From the NCBI RefSeq assembly GCF_006345805.1, contig NC_042998.1, forward strand, positions 141,608,001-141,672,000: DNA of 64,000 nt. Direction: 5' to 3'. The stretch is from Octopus sinensis (taxonomy: Eukaryota). Of the stretch, positions 1 through 12,086 are shown one piece after another (the first letter of the stretch is position 1; each line of letters begins with the position of its first letter). Under the pieces are notes generated by a model. It made no database searches and was not told the origin of the DNA. It saw only the letters and a program-made list of their open reading frames with translations. A program made the translations under genes and the position numbers.

Positions 1-834
1 GGCTGTGCATACTCAAGGTATAGATTCACTGTCATGGACTTAGCATGATATTTCCCCAGTTCTGATGACCTAGTCACAGATTGATACATATCAGCTATTT
101 TGTTATAGAACCCAGAGTTTGTCTCATCCAGTGTGTACAAATTGTTGCTTTTATTCTTCATCCAAAGACCAACGTAGAAAACACTATATGCAGTAAATAA
201 AGCTCCTGTTAATTGTTTGCATGTATTGTTTATCCATTTACACACGGCCAACAAGCAAACACAACCACGTGACAAAAGTATTGTTTTTGTGTTTGATATG
301 AACACAATTTCTGTGTGCTACAATTCATCTAACTGTACAGATATCTTTTTTGTTTTTATTGTTATGAAGAAAATGGTAGTGTTCTAATAATTTATAGGAT
401 CTCCAAGACTGGTAGGAGAGAGAGAGAGAGAATTACCCCCAAGTGGAAATCTGGTTTGAATGTTTGCAGCAGAGTGACCAACACTAAATGCACCAGAGTA
501 CTGGGTGGTGATGTTAAGCTGGGCAATGGTCTACCACTTACGTACACCATGTCAATATTTGAACTCTGCATGCAATGAGCTGGAATATCAGACCTTGCAT
601 TGAGGACAGCAATTGCTATATTGGTGGTGCATCAAAGTATAAAAGAAAAAGCACCAAATATATTCTGTAAAGTGGTGGGTGTTAGGAAGGGCATTCAGTT
701 GTAGAAACCACACCAAAAATGAAACAACTGCAACATGGTCCTGCCAACTCATCTAAGAGCACCACTGAATATGTGCTGACACCAAGCATTGTAATCCATC
801 CAGCCTGTGCCAGCATGGAGAGTAAAAAGAAAAG

Positions 835-1088
835 GTAAAGTTTCCTTTTAGAGACATACTGACTCATAAGGGTCTGTTTTTCGGTTTCCAAGGCATATAT
901 ATTCCCCTCTCGGACAGGATGCCAGTCTATCACAGGGTTACTCATTTTTATCAGCTGAGTGGACTGGAGCAATGTGAAATGAAGTGTTTTGCCCAAGAAC
1001 ACAATGTGTCACCTGGTCCAGGAAGTGAAGCCACAATCTTACGATTATGAGTCTGACACCTTAACCACTAAGCCATATGTCTTCACCG
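835..1088 (-). mobile_element. tRNA-derived SINE, family C (V-domain-like central region)
   Basis: The minus strand starts with a tRNA-like head: A box TGGCTTAGTGG, a CTCATAA anticodon-like loop and a B-box-like GGCTTCACTTCC. It is followed by TTGGGCAAAACACTT and CCCTGTGATAGACTGGCATCCTGTCC (904-937), which resembles the V-SINE domain from recall. Partial copies lie at ~16150-16297 and ~30295-30405. Confidence 0.7.
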
Positions 1089-1661
1089 GCATGGAAAGTG
1101 GAAGTATGATGATGATGAACTACCAGGATAGTAGTAGCACTTACAACTCTCTAAGATAAATAATAGTAGGATAGTAGTAGCACTCGTTTTTGGTGAAGGG
1201 TCCAACAAAAGGTAAGTCAAAGAGGTTTTTTTTTTTTATATATTATCATTTTTGCAATACCAACTGATTTTCTTCAAAAATACCCTGTTAGTCACAACAG
1301 AATGCTGTTACTAAATACAAGTGAAAAAACCCCCCAAAACAACCAACTCAGTAGGAAAACAGAAATATTCATAAATACTACACCAGTAAAACAAAATCTG
1401 AAATAATTATATTTCTTGGCAGAAGTTTCCATATTTAAATAAAATTTTCCCTCTCATAGCCAAATGGAAACAATACAATTTTTGTGATTTAAAACAAAAT
1501 ACACACACATGTATGCACACACACACAACATATATTCATGTATAACATATACACACATGCATAACAAAAATGTAATGTATGATTACATATCAAGCATAAA
1601 AATAGACATAACACTTTTACTCTTAAATGAAAGATACACACACAACACCAACAATCACAAA

Positions 1662-1706
<45 letters not shown>

Positions 1707-1740
1707 GCACACACTTCTATCTATATATCTCCTATTCTCC

Positions 1741-1780
<40 letters not shown>

Positions 1781-2875
1781 CACACACACACACATAAAAC
1801 AGACTAACAACCACAAACACATACTATATAAGCACACACATACATGTTTAAAAATACACATACATCACAACACATGTACCTCATACATGTTCATACAGAC
1901 AAACAAAAAACAATAAAAAAACAAAGAAGAGATGAAATTAAAATGGAACAAAACCGATGCCTAAAAGAGGATTGGGTATGCTGTCCAAAATACCAGAACA
2001 GAGCGCTGTGAAAGTTCCAATTAAAATGGTATTATTAGACAGACAAAAGAAATGGCAGGTTTCACACACAAAATACATACAACAGATTGGCTATCTCACA
2101 CACGTGTGTGTGTGTGTGTGTGTGTGTATACACACATGCATGTTTGTTTATTTTTCACTTATTTATTTATTTCACTGCAGTACACTACAACTGTGTTGTT
2201 TGTTATATCAATGTTGGCATTAGTGGTAGTGGTGATGGTGGTTCTGATAGTTGCAGTGGTAGTGAGCTAGATTTTCTAAAATAAATAAATAATACCCCTC
2301 ATAAAAAAAAACAAACAAAAAACAAATTAAAAAACTAAAAATATAACAGGACTAAGGCACAACATGACAGGGGAGTGGTGGTGGTGGGGCAGCGATTTAT
2401 TGTTATATGACATGGTGTCAATTTGGTTTTATGAATATAATATATATAAATACATACTGGAATACATGGATGGAATGACTGTTAAAAGTGCAGGCACTGA
2501 AGTGAAAGACAGGTGGGGTGGGGTGAACCTACCCACACTCCAAACTCATGTGGCATCAATTGAGATGCATGTGTTGGAAGTGAAGCCACATGGACCCCGT
2601 CTATCAATTTCCTCTGCAAAGTAGGGATAAGGGCGGCCAATCAGAGAAATTAGCCCTGCTGGGTGGAGTGGCTGCTGCAGAGAGTGTCACTGACCACTCT
2701 CCACAGCAATGCCATCATGGTCATTACTGTGGGATGCAACTGGGCACACTATTTGTTCAGTGTGGGGTGGAGAGATGTGGCTCATCATCCTCCCTACCAT
2801 CTTCTGTTGCTTTATGCCTCCTTTTTTCTTTTCCTTTCTTATCCGCTTTCCCCCACCCTGTTTCTTTGTATTTAA

Positions 2876-3093
2876 CCATTAAGCATTCAGATTACTGTCA
2901 AATGTGATGCTTATTTATTCACATTATTTTGAATTTACCATACACTATCTTGTAACTTTAAGATTTCAATGAGGTTATTGTTTATTCTAAGAATGACATT
3001 GTAGGGTAGGTGTGAGAGGCCTGCTCTGGCCAGTTTGAACATAAAACAAGCAGAATATTCGGACCTGATATGGCTGGTTTGAATACTAAGGGG
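2876..3093 (-). mobile_element. piggyBac-type MITE, family A
   Basis: TTAA at 2872-2875 and degenerate TIRs (CCATTAAGCATTCAGA / GAATACTAAGGGG). Its ends match both ends of the 26854-28636 piggyBac and the copy at 54188-54387. Confidence 0.75.
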
Positions 3094-4485
3094 GTAAGTG
3101 TTATAATTTAAAATAAACAATATTAAAATAAGAAAGAATTTAAGAACTTACACGAGGTGGTTAAAAATGAAAAAAAAATTGAAATGGAAAATAGAAACTA
3201 CAGGTTATAGAAAGGAGAAAGAGTAAACAAGCAGAATAAGACAAGTAAAGAAGTATAGGAGATGACTAAAAAGCAATATTAAAAAGGAGTATCTGAGAAT
3301 ATGTATAAACCAAAGAGCAGTAAAAGGAGTTGCTGCTGCTAATTAGTATGTGCAAGAATCTGTAACAGATCCTTTATCCAATATAAAACTCTATTTTCCT
3401 TTAAAAGACTTTGTGATCACATCAACATCAGTATATCAGAGGTATTAGCTTTATTGAATATGAAGGAAAGCCAGGTAGTGTCCATGGCTTGGGTAGAATC
3501 TGAACTTAGAGATGTGATGAGTTGATATTTAGATATTTTAAAACTTCCAATTTGCCTTGGAGCTATTCCTGTCATTCTAAAAAAGTAGAATCAAGAAGTA
3601 TTCATAACTGGCTTGCTCTATATGAGAGTAAAACAAATCAAGATATTTATGATAGAAGAAAGAGAAAAGACAAGAGAGAGAGGGACAGAAAAAGAAAGTA
3701 TAAGCAAGTGTATGAGTGAGAAAGGAAAGAAATGAGACAGAGGAATGAAATAATGAGAGAAAGAGAGAGAGAGAGCATATTAGAGAAGATAAATCACTGT
3801 TTTTGAGCAAGAACAATGAAGCCCATTTAAGGAATTTCCCCAAAGAGTTGATATAATAAACCCTTCATATCTGATAGGGATTAATCAAATTAGAAATCAG
3901 AATTGAATCAAGTAACGTTATCATTGGGAGCTTTCTTTGAGTGGTTTATAAATTGCTGCCACTTAAATCAGATGGACAGTTATTTTAATGACTGATTTGT
4001 TGAATATTAGGGGATATAAAAGGGCAAATGTGCTTTATTAAAGTCTTGGGTTGACCAATACATTCTGAGTGGGATTTGATAAATGGATACTGCATACTGC
4101 AAAAACTTATCATTTGTGTGTGTATAATTGTCATCATCATCATCATCATTTTAATGTTCAACTTTTCCATGCTTGTATGGATTGGATGTAATTTGTTGAG
4201 AGATTTTCAATGGTCAGGTGCCTTACTGTAGCCAACTGAACCTTCAACTGTATCAAGTAAGGTAATATTTCCCTTTGGCCAGGTATATTTTCATCGAAGA
4301 CTGGAAATGATCAACACTGCCTGTATGACAGTGATGTTTGTTTACAACTATCATGCCATATCAAGATAATGAGACACTAACACACACATAGGGCTATAGA
4401 AGGTAAAAAAAACACTTGCCCAAGGTGCTATGCAGTGGGAATAACTCATGTAACTGAGATAGAAACTTTTCAAGCACATAGCCAT

Positions 4486-4715
4486 TCTCTTTCTCTTTTC
4501 TCTTTTACTTGTTTCAGTCATTTGACTGCGGCCATGCTGGGGCACCGCCTTTAGTCGAGCAAATCGACCCCGGGACTTATTCTTTGTAAGCTCCAGTACT
4601 TATTCTATCGGTCTCTTTTGCCAAACCGCTAAGTGACGGGGACGTAAACACACACCAGCATCGGTTGTCAAGCAATGCTAGGGGGACAAACACACACACA
4701 CAAACACACACACAT

Positions 4716-4750
<35 letters not shown>

Positions 4751-4913
4751 CGACAGGCTTCTTTCAGTTTCCTTCAACCAAATCCACTCACAAGGCATTG
4801 GTCGGCCCGGGGCTATAGCAGAAGACACTTGCCCAAGATGCCACGCAGTGGGATTGAACCCGGAACCATGTGGTTGGTTAGCAAGCTACTTACCACACAG
4901 CCACTCCTGCGCC
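4486..4913 (-). mobile_element. tRNA-derived SINE, family A, full-length young copy
   Basis: Head GGCGCAGGAGTGGCTGTGTGG (A box) and GGTTCAATCCC (B box), a CORE-like TTGGGCAAGTGTCTT, an internal (TA)n(TG)n microsatellite and a GAAACAAGTAAAAGAG tail. CpGs are retained. Near-identical copies are at 38135-38553 and 63433-63851. Confidence 0.9.
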
Positions 4914-5594
4914 ATATATATAATTTATTTAATATCTGTTTTTCCATGCTAACATGGGTTACACATGGAATTATTTGAGGCTGGATTTTACTGGCAAATG
5001 CTCTTCTTGCCAATTCTTACCTGTTTCCTTTCAAGAAAAGGAATTTTTTTTTTATTCTAGAGGCCTTTGAAAACAGAAAGTGACCAGTTATAAGGTCAAC
5101 ATAACTATTGTTTTGCTACAGCAGTGACAAGTGGGGACACATATTTGTATGCAGGCCTGGAACTAGGAAGTACAGGGCCCAATTAGAGAATTGTTAGTGG
5201 GATCCTCTTCTCTACATAAGATGAAGATTGATGTTTTATTCTTCGTGTAGTATGCCAGTCCCAGCCAAAAAGTGTCGAGGGCTTGAGGCTCCACCATTAG
5301 CCACAATGATATTCTAAAAATTCATCATAGTGTCCTCTGCTGGGGCTTCACTTGGTGTAGGGCCCAATTTGAACAACTCTAATTTTCTTAAAACCAGCCT
5401 ACACACCCATATACATGTATGATGGGCTTCCTGTGGTTTCTTTCAACCAAATTCACTTATCAGGCATTTGTTAGGTTGGGGGTTATAGTAGAAGATACTT
5501 GCCTGAGTTATTGTGCAAGGGGATTGAACCTAAAACCATATGGTTGAGAACTACACAACCATGCTTGTGTTGAAGCCATTCTTACACATCGTTT

Positions 5595-5992
5595 TTTATC
5601 TTTTACATGTTTCAGTCACTAGACTGCAGAAATTCTGGGTCACCACCACAGAGAATTTTAGTCAAACAAATCAATGCCAGTAATTCTATTTTTAAAACCT
5701 GGTACTTATTCTATCAATCACTTTTGCTGAACTGCTAAGTTATGGGAGCACAAACACACCAACACCAGTTGTCAAGTGGCAGTGGGGTACAAATACACAT
5801 GCTAAGACACACACACAAATACATATAAATGCATATATATGACAAGCTTCTTTCTACCAAATCCTCTCACAAGGCTTTGGTCAGCCTGGGGTTATAGTAG
5901 AAGACACTAGACAAAGGTGCCATGCTGTAGGACTGAACCTGGAACCATGTTGTTGGAAAGTAAACTTCTTACCACACAGTTACGCCCATGCC
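5595..5992 (-). mobile_element. SINE family A, older copy
   Basis: Colinear with 4486-4913 but diverged and CpG-depleted. Another partial copy precedes it at ~5400-5570. Confidence 0.8.
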
Positions 5993-6569
5993 ATAATATG
6001 TTTATTTATTATTTTATTTTCATATCCAATGATGTCACTATTAGTTGAATGAAGGAATGTTTGAGGTTGAATTCGATTTAGGCATTTTTTTGTTAGTGTT
6101 TATAAACTGGTAATATTTCAAATGTTCAATTTGAATTTCATTAGCCTTGATAATGTTGTATTAACATATATTTTTGAGGATATTAGGATATCAATATTAA
6201 TTTTAATGATATTCTCTCTCTCTCTCTTATGTATGTATGTATGTATGTATGTATGTATGTATGTATGTATGTATGTGTGCATGCATGTATATGTGTGTGT
6301 GTTAATGAAATAGAAATAATTGTCAACTTTATGAGGTGAGATCTATAATAAAGATATAATTTTCTCTGTACATATTTTTTGTTGTTAAATACTCTGAATC
6401 TCTCGGAATTCTGCCAAATGATATTTGGATTTACCTGGGATATGTATTCTACTTACACTTACTGGTATCTGATTGCCGAACATTTATAACCAAATTCTTT
6501 TGATACTGAGTGCGTTATTGATATCTGCCAGGATTTTTTAATCCCATTTTTTTCTCATATATATATATA

Positions 6570-6962
6570 CTAGCAGTATCACCCGGCGTTGCTCGGGTTT
6601 GTAAGGGGAATAACTATATAAGCATTTTTAGAGATGTAAAGTATAATAGCCATCTCAATATGGCTAACCACAAAGGGGGGTGTAACTAGCTTTTTACGTT
6701 CTGAGATTTAATAATACATTTTTAGAGAGTTACTTCCCGTATATAATAGCAAAAAAATGCATTAAAAATGGGAAAAAATTATGGTAAATTCTTTTTTAAA
6801 TCGTAGACTCGTCGTAGACGCGCGCTAATACCCAGAAGGGCTCGATATGAATCACGACTATAAGATACCCGCTTTTGGTTACACTGCACCGCAAAATGTG
6901 GGAGTAGTTAGGAATCTAAATCGTAGGAGACAGACACACAACTTGACTTTTATATATAAAGA
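6570..6962 (-). mobile_element. Non-autonomous Helitron (393 bp)
   Basis: On the minus strand the 5' end is A|TC (TCTTTATATATAAAAG, at 6962) and the 3' end is CTAG|T (6570-6573). A GC-rich hairpin CCCGAGCAACGCCGGG (6582-6597) lies 8 nt before the CTAG. There is no TSD. These are the canonical Helitron hallmarks. Confidence 0.85.
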
Positions 6963-6966
6963 TATA

Positions 6967-8254
6967 TAAGATTTTGCCATAAGTTCTGTCTGAATTTTGA
7001 ATAAAGAAAACAAGTGATCAAATGTTATATTTAATTTAAATTTAATCATCAATGTACTTTCCCTGATTATCTATGACTTCCTTCTATCTATTTACAAGCT
7101 TTTTAATCCCATCAATGTAAAATTCTTTTGGTTTCAAAGCAAAGAACTCTGAAATGTCAGTTTTGACCTCCTCCTGGCTTGCGAAAGTTATGTCCCCCAA
7201 ATGATTCTGTAAACTACGAAACAAATGGTAGTCTGAAGGAGCATGGTCGGGAGAATAAGGTGGATGAGAAATTTTTTCCCAACCAAGCTCTTCGATCTTC
7301 TGTGATGTAATCTTTGCAGTGTGGGGTTGCACATTGTCCTGATGAAATATCAATCCTTTTCGGTTCACTAAAATGGTTTTTTTTTTCTTCAAAGCTTGGT
7401 TCAAATGCTCTAATTGCTGACAGTAGACTTGAGTATTGATTGCTGCATTAGGTGGTAGCAATTCAAAGTGAATTACTCCTTTGCAATCTCACTAGATAGA
7501 GAGAAGAACCTTTTTCCCATGAAGTTCCCTTTTAGGTTGTGGTTGAGTTTTTCCCTTTTACTAAGTCACTGTTTACGACATTTAACATTTCGATAGAAGA
7601 TCCATTTTTCATCACCAGTCACAAGTCTATTTAAAAAGGATGAAATGAGTTCACGAGAATGGAGAGAAGAGCAGATGTCAACTTGGGGATTTGCGGTTGC
7701 ATTCGAACAATTCATGAGGTAGCCATTTTCCAAGTTTAGGAACCTTTCCAAGTTGTTGAAGATGACGATGAACAGTTGTATGGTTTGAACTAAGCTTTAT
7801 TGCCAATTCTTCAACTGATAATGCAGGATTTTCTTCAAGTAATGCCTCAAGGAGCTTATCATCAAACTCAACTGGACGTCCTGTTCTATCTTCATCTTCA
7901 AGGCTGAAATCTCCACTTCTGAATTTTGCAAACCATCTTCTGCAAGTTCTTTCATTTAAGCATTCTTTCCCATAAACTGTGTGTATGTTTCGAGTTGCTT
8001 CGGTTGCAGAGTTTCTTTTTTTGTACTCATAAAGCATTATGTGCCTCAAATGCTCTTTGGATACTTCCATATTAGAAAGGGTTTTAATCAAAGAAATTTT
8101 AATTCTATTACTCTGTAAAATAATATTTAATTAGTTTAAATGTACATAAATGCATAAAAGTAATTTTTAATTCCATTAGACATTCTAAAATACTATTAAA
8201 TTTCATTCAATTTTAAAAAAGATAAAATCGGACAGAACTTATGGGATGACCTGA
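6967..8254 (-). mobile_element. Tc1/mariner DNA transposon, full-length (1288 bp), inactive
   Basis: Imperfect ~30 bp TIRs (TAAGATTTTGCCATAAGTTCTGTCTGAATTTT at 6967; AAAATCGGACAGAACTTATGGGATGACCTGA ending at 8254), TA target-site duplication at 6965-6966 and 8255-8256, and an internal transposase. Confidence 0.95.
7042..8070 (-). pseudogene. Mariner DD34D transposase pseudogene (~343 codons)
   Basis: ATG at 8070 (MEVSKEHLRH), an HTH region, WLPHEL, VTGDEKW, HQDNVQPH and HPPYSPDHAPSDY, with exactly 34 residues between the second and third D. The ORF is split over three frames. There is a premature TAG at 7084-7086, and the read-through KEVIDNQGKYIDD ends at TAA 7042-7044. Confidence 0.93.
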
Positions 8255-8338
8255 TATATAGATATATCGATTTTGTACTTGGTTTGCAAGATTCTTTATG
8301 TGAATTTGTGTGTTGAAGCATATTTTATTGTGTTGATT

Positions 8339-8477
8339 GGTTCGATTTCCACTCATTTATTTTTTCTAAAATTTTTCTTGCTTCTTGCAACCTCTTCAAT
8401 AGTTGACTTTTGAAGAGGTTGCAAGAAGCAACGAAAATTTTAGAAAAATAAATAAGTAAATGAATGGAAATTGAACT
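8339..8477. repeat. Long inverted repeat (foldback) containing a hammerhead-like core
   Basis: The arms at ~8342-8399 and 8410-8476 are near-perfect reverse complements (one 8-nt insertion) around a 10-nt spacer. The right arm reads TTGAAGA-G-GTTGC-AAGAA-GCAAC-GAAA. Confidence 0.85.
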
Positions 8478-9354
8478 GGTGAGTGTGTTAATAAGACATT
8501 AAAATAAAATGACTCTCCCCAGGCACTATAATACATATACATCATCATCATCACCCGATGTTCATTTTACATGCTAGCATGAGTTGGACAGGATTAGATG
8601 AGTTGCAGGATGCATTGACCTCCTATGTTAGTTTTGGTGTGGATATCCTTTTTAACACCTACACACAAATACATGCACACCTGTATTTGTCTCTATGTCT
8701 CTGAATTTATGCACCCGTGTTTGGTGTTTATTCTCATTAACTAACAATTTGTGTTATGTTTTAGGTCCCTTCATATCTCTAAACTTAGCAGTCTAACAAA
8801 TAGAAATTGATTAGTATCTGGCTGAAATAAGTACTGGAGTCAATATGATTGACTGAATTCCCGAAGCATAGACACTGCTCAATAACTGAGATCAGTAAAA
8901 AAAAAAAGTGTGTGCATGCATGTGTAAAGATGGATTAGGGTTAATCTAAACATTGTTAGCATTACATCTATGTAATGAAATAAATGAATAAATATAAAGA
9001 GAAAGAACCTAATTTGCTCGAACAATTCATGCAAAACCTATGAATCTGTCAAAGTAATTAAACTTCAGATGAGTTGACACAGAACTGGAGCTGGAGACAG
9101 GATATAATGTGACAGGATATATGAATGAGCTAAGAGATTTTAAGATTTATGTGCAAACGTAACCACACATGTGCAAACGTGCAAACACACACACACACTC
9201 TAGATTACATCAAAAAGAAATCCAACTGATTGGCTGAATTCACAAATCAGTGTACTGTAATTACTGGTACACAGACTTGCAGTTTCTATGTTGGCTTATA
9301 AGAAATGCACAAGATGAGTGAATGATAAAGATATACTTGTCCAGCTTTTATCTC

Positions 9355-9390
<36 letters not shown>

Positions 9391-9410
9391 CATTATTAAT
9401 TAATTAATGA

Positions 9411-9735
9411 AAATTTTGGCATAGGGCCAGCAGTTTTTGAGGGGAGAGGAAGTCAATTACATTGACCCTAGTACTTGACTGGTACTTATTTTATCAACCT
9501 CGAAAGGATGAAAAGTAAAGTCAACCTTGGTGGAATTTGAACTCAGTATAAAGATGGATGAAATGCTGCTAAGCATTTTGTCAATCTTTTTTACATTCTG
9601 AGTTCAAATTCCACTGAGGTCAACTTTGCGTTTCATCCTTTCAGGGTCGATAAAATAAGTACCAGTTGAGGGTTGATGTAATTGACCAGCCCCCTCCCCA
9701 TATATTTCAGGCCTTGTGTCTATAATAGAATTATT
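9411..9735. mobile_element. Two head-truncated SINE family B copies in inverted orientation
   Basis: A minus copy at 9411-9580 and a plus copy at 9590-9735. For example, GTGGAATTTGAACTCAG (9530-9546) is complementary to CTGAGTTCAAATTCCAC (9598-9614). Confidence 0.85.
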
Positions 9736-9859
9736 AATAAGGCAGTGAACTGGCAGAATATCTTGCTCCTCTGTCATCTCCTTCATAAGGCTCAGTGTTC
9801 TGAAATTAGCCTTCAATACTTAGTCCCACAACTTCCTGGATCTCGTTTTTCCATGACTT

Positions 9860-9906
<47 letters not shown>

Positions 9907-10736
9907 GCTTCCATACAGTTTCTATCAACCCATTCCACTGAAAGGCAATGGTTCCCTGAAGTTATTGTAGATGACTTACCCAAGGTACCTCACAGGGAAA
10001 CAGAGCTTGAAACCATGTGGTAAGAAGTGGGAACCATGGAGAGTTCCTAATGCACAGAGGTCGGTGTGTAACTGCATACAGTACATACAGCTGGTAATCT
10101 TTCTGAAGAGAGAGCTGACAGTGAATGCAATAACTCTACACAGATTCCATGGCATCATTCCATGGTTCCCAGAGGGCTATAACCTTCAACTTTCTACTGT
10201 TGCTCGGTTACAAGTCTAAACTGATAACAAGCCAACTTTCCACTCATTTAACCAAGTTCAAAGAAGTTTACTAATTTTTTTTCTTTTTCTTTTGTGTGGG
10301 TTTTATTTTTTTAAAAGCTTTTTCATATTTTGTAGCTGAGCTTCTAAATAGAAATTCTCAGCAAATCTTTTTCGAAAGAAATTTGTATATAAAGCAGATC
10401 TATACAATCAATGTAAAGTACTTCCCCCCACCCAATAAAACAAATATTACATAACAAAAGCCAATGAAAATGGTTGGTTTAATAAACTGAAATACAGCAA
10501 AAACAATTTATTAAATTTATCTAATACTTATAGTAGCAGCTGCCACCACCACCACTACCACTACTATAACATATCTTTTAAGTGCTTTACTAACTCACAC
10601 AAGCCAAACATCTAAAACAAAAGCCTGAAAAAAATCATTGCACCCAGTGACATTATCAACTACTAATAATATTGATACTGTTAAATCCCTAGAGTCTGAT
10701 AATTGGGAATAATAATAATAACAATGACGCCGACGA

Positions 10737-11170
10737 TTTCAAATTTTGGCACAAGGCCAGCAGTTTCGGGGAGGGGTTAAGTCGATTGCATCGACCCTAG
10801 TGTTCAACTAGCACTTATTTTATTGAGCCCAAAAGGATGAAAGGCAAAGTCAACCTTGGAAGAATTTGAACTCAGAACCTTAAGACAGATGAAATGCCAC
10901 TAGTGTACTAACAATTCTTCCAGTTTGCCACCTTAATAATAATAATAATAATAATAATGGTTTCAAATTTTGGCTCAAGGCCAGCAATTTTGGGGGTGGG
11001 GTCCAGTCAATTACATTGACGTCAGTGCTCAACGGTACTTATTTTATTGACCCAGAAAGGTGAACGTCAAGGTTGACCTTGGTGGAACTCAGAACATGAG
11101 GATGGACTAAATGCCACTAAGCATTTTGTCTGGCATGCTAACAATCCTGCTAGTTCACTGGTTTACACCT
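10737..11170 (-). mobile_element. Two tandem SINE family B copies separated by (AAT)n
   Basis: Copies at 10737-10935 and 10960-11170, each with the GAAAGGATGAAAGGCAAAGTC...GAATTTGAACTCAG core. Confidence 0.85.
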
Positions 11171-11704
11171 TAATAGTAATAATAGTATGTTGGTCCAACA
11201 GTTCAGTAGAAAATCATATTAAACCATTATTAGTCTATCCATGCAAGAGCAGCAACACAAATTAGAGAAACTGACAGTAGGAAAATGATGCATCACATGT
11301 CATAATGACCCCAAATAACACTGCTAGCTTTATTTTAGGGTAACTTTCTCCTAGAAAATTGCTTTATCAGCAGCTATCAGAAGCCTCACTTTCACTGATT
11401 TTATGGCATGCTGAATTTTCTAAGTCATTTATGTTATTGCAGGATGGTTGTTGACCCTATGGTGGGTCCACCTGTCCTTTGGCAAGTGTTGTTTCTATCC
11501 TAGTGGATCACTAGCCGTGTTCTGTAACAGGTTAGCCTGGTGATGCTTCAGTTGCTGACTACCTGACTGTACAACAAGTTGTACTGGCTTACATGTTACC
11601 AGCAGTGCTCTTGAGCTACTTCACTCAGACACATATATTTGTGCTCCAAAAGTTTTAGGAAGTACTGTTGAGGCATCAATGTTTCTATCTGTTTTTTTTT
11701 TCCC

Positions 11705-12086
11705 GTCTTGTTTCAGTGATTAGACTGCAGCCATGCTGGGGCATCGCCTTGATGGATTTTAGCCAAATGAATCAACCCTAGTACTTTTTTTTTTTTTGTA
11801 AAGCCTGGTACTTATTCAATTGGTCTCTTTTGCCGAACTGTTAAGTTATACAGATGTAAACACAACAAAGCACCGGTCGTCAAGCAGTGGTGGGGGATAG
11901 ACATACTCAAAGACACACATACATATGACAAGCTTCTTTCAGTTTCTTTCTGCCAAATCCACTCACAAGGCTTTAGTCAGCCCAAGGCTATAGAAGACAC
12001 TTGCACAAGGTGCCATGTAGTGGGACTGAACCTGGAACTATGTAGGTGGGAAGCAAAACTTCCTACTATACAGCTATGCCTGTGCC
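11705..12086 (-). mobile_element. SINE family A, older copy
   Basis: Colinear with 4486-4913 from tail to head. Confidence 0.8.

Noticed and set aside
2629-2645. Adjacent GC box and CCAAT box (GGGCGGCCAATCAG)
   Set aside because: There is no CpG island or downstream gene structure, and a short motif match is expected by chance in 64 kb.
4860-4913. tRNA-like A/B boxes here and at other SINE heads
   Set aside because: They continue into SINE bodies and lack a complete cloverleaf, so they are not tRNA genes.
5145-5400. Possible hAT-type MITE
   Set aside because: The termini are too degenerate to define TIRs or a TSD by eye.
7042-8070. A SETMAR-like host gene
   Set aside because: There is no SET domain, TIRs and a TA TSD flank it, and the ORF is broken. 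It is a transposon.
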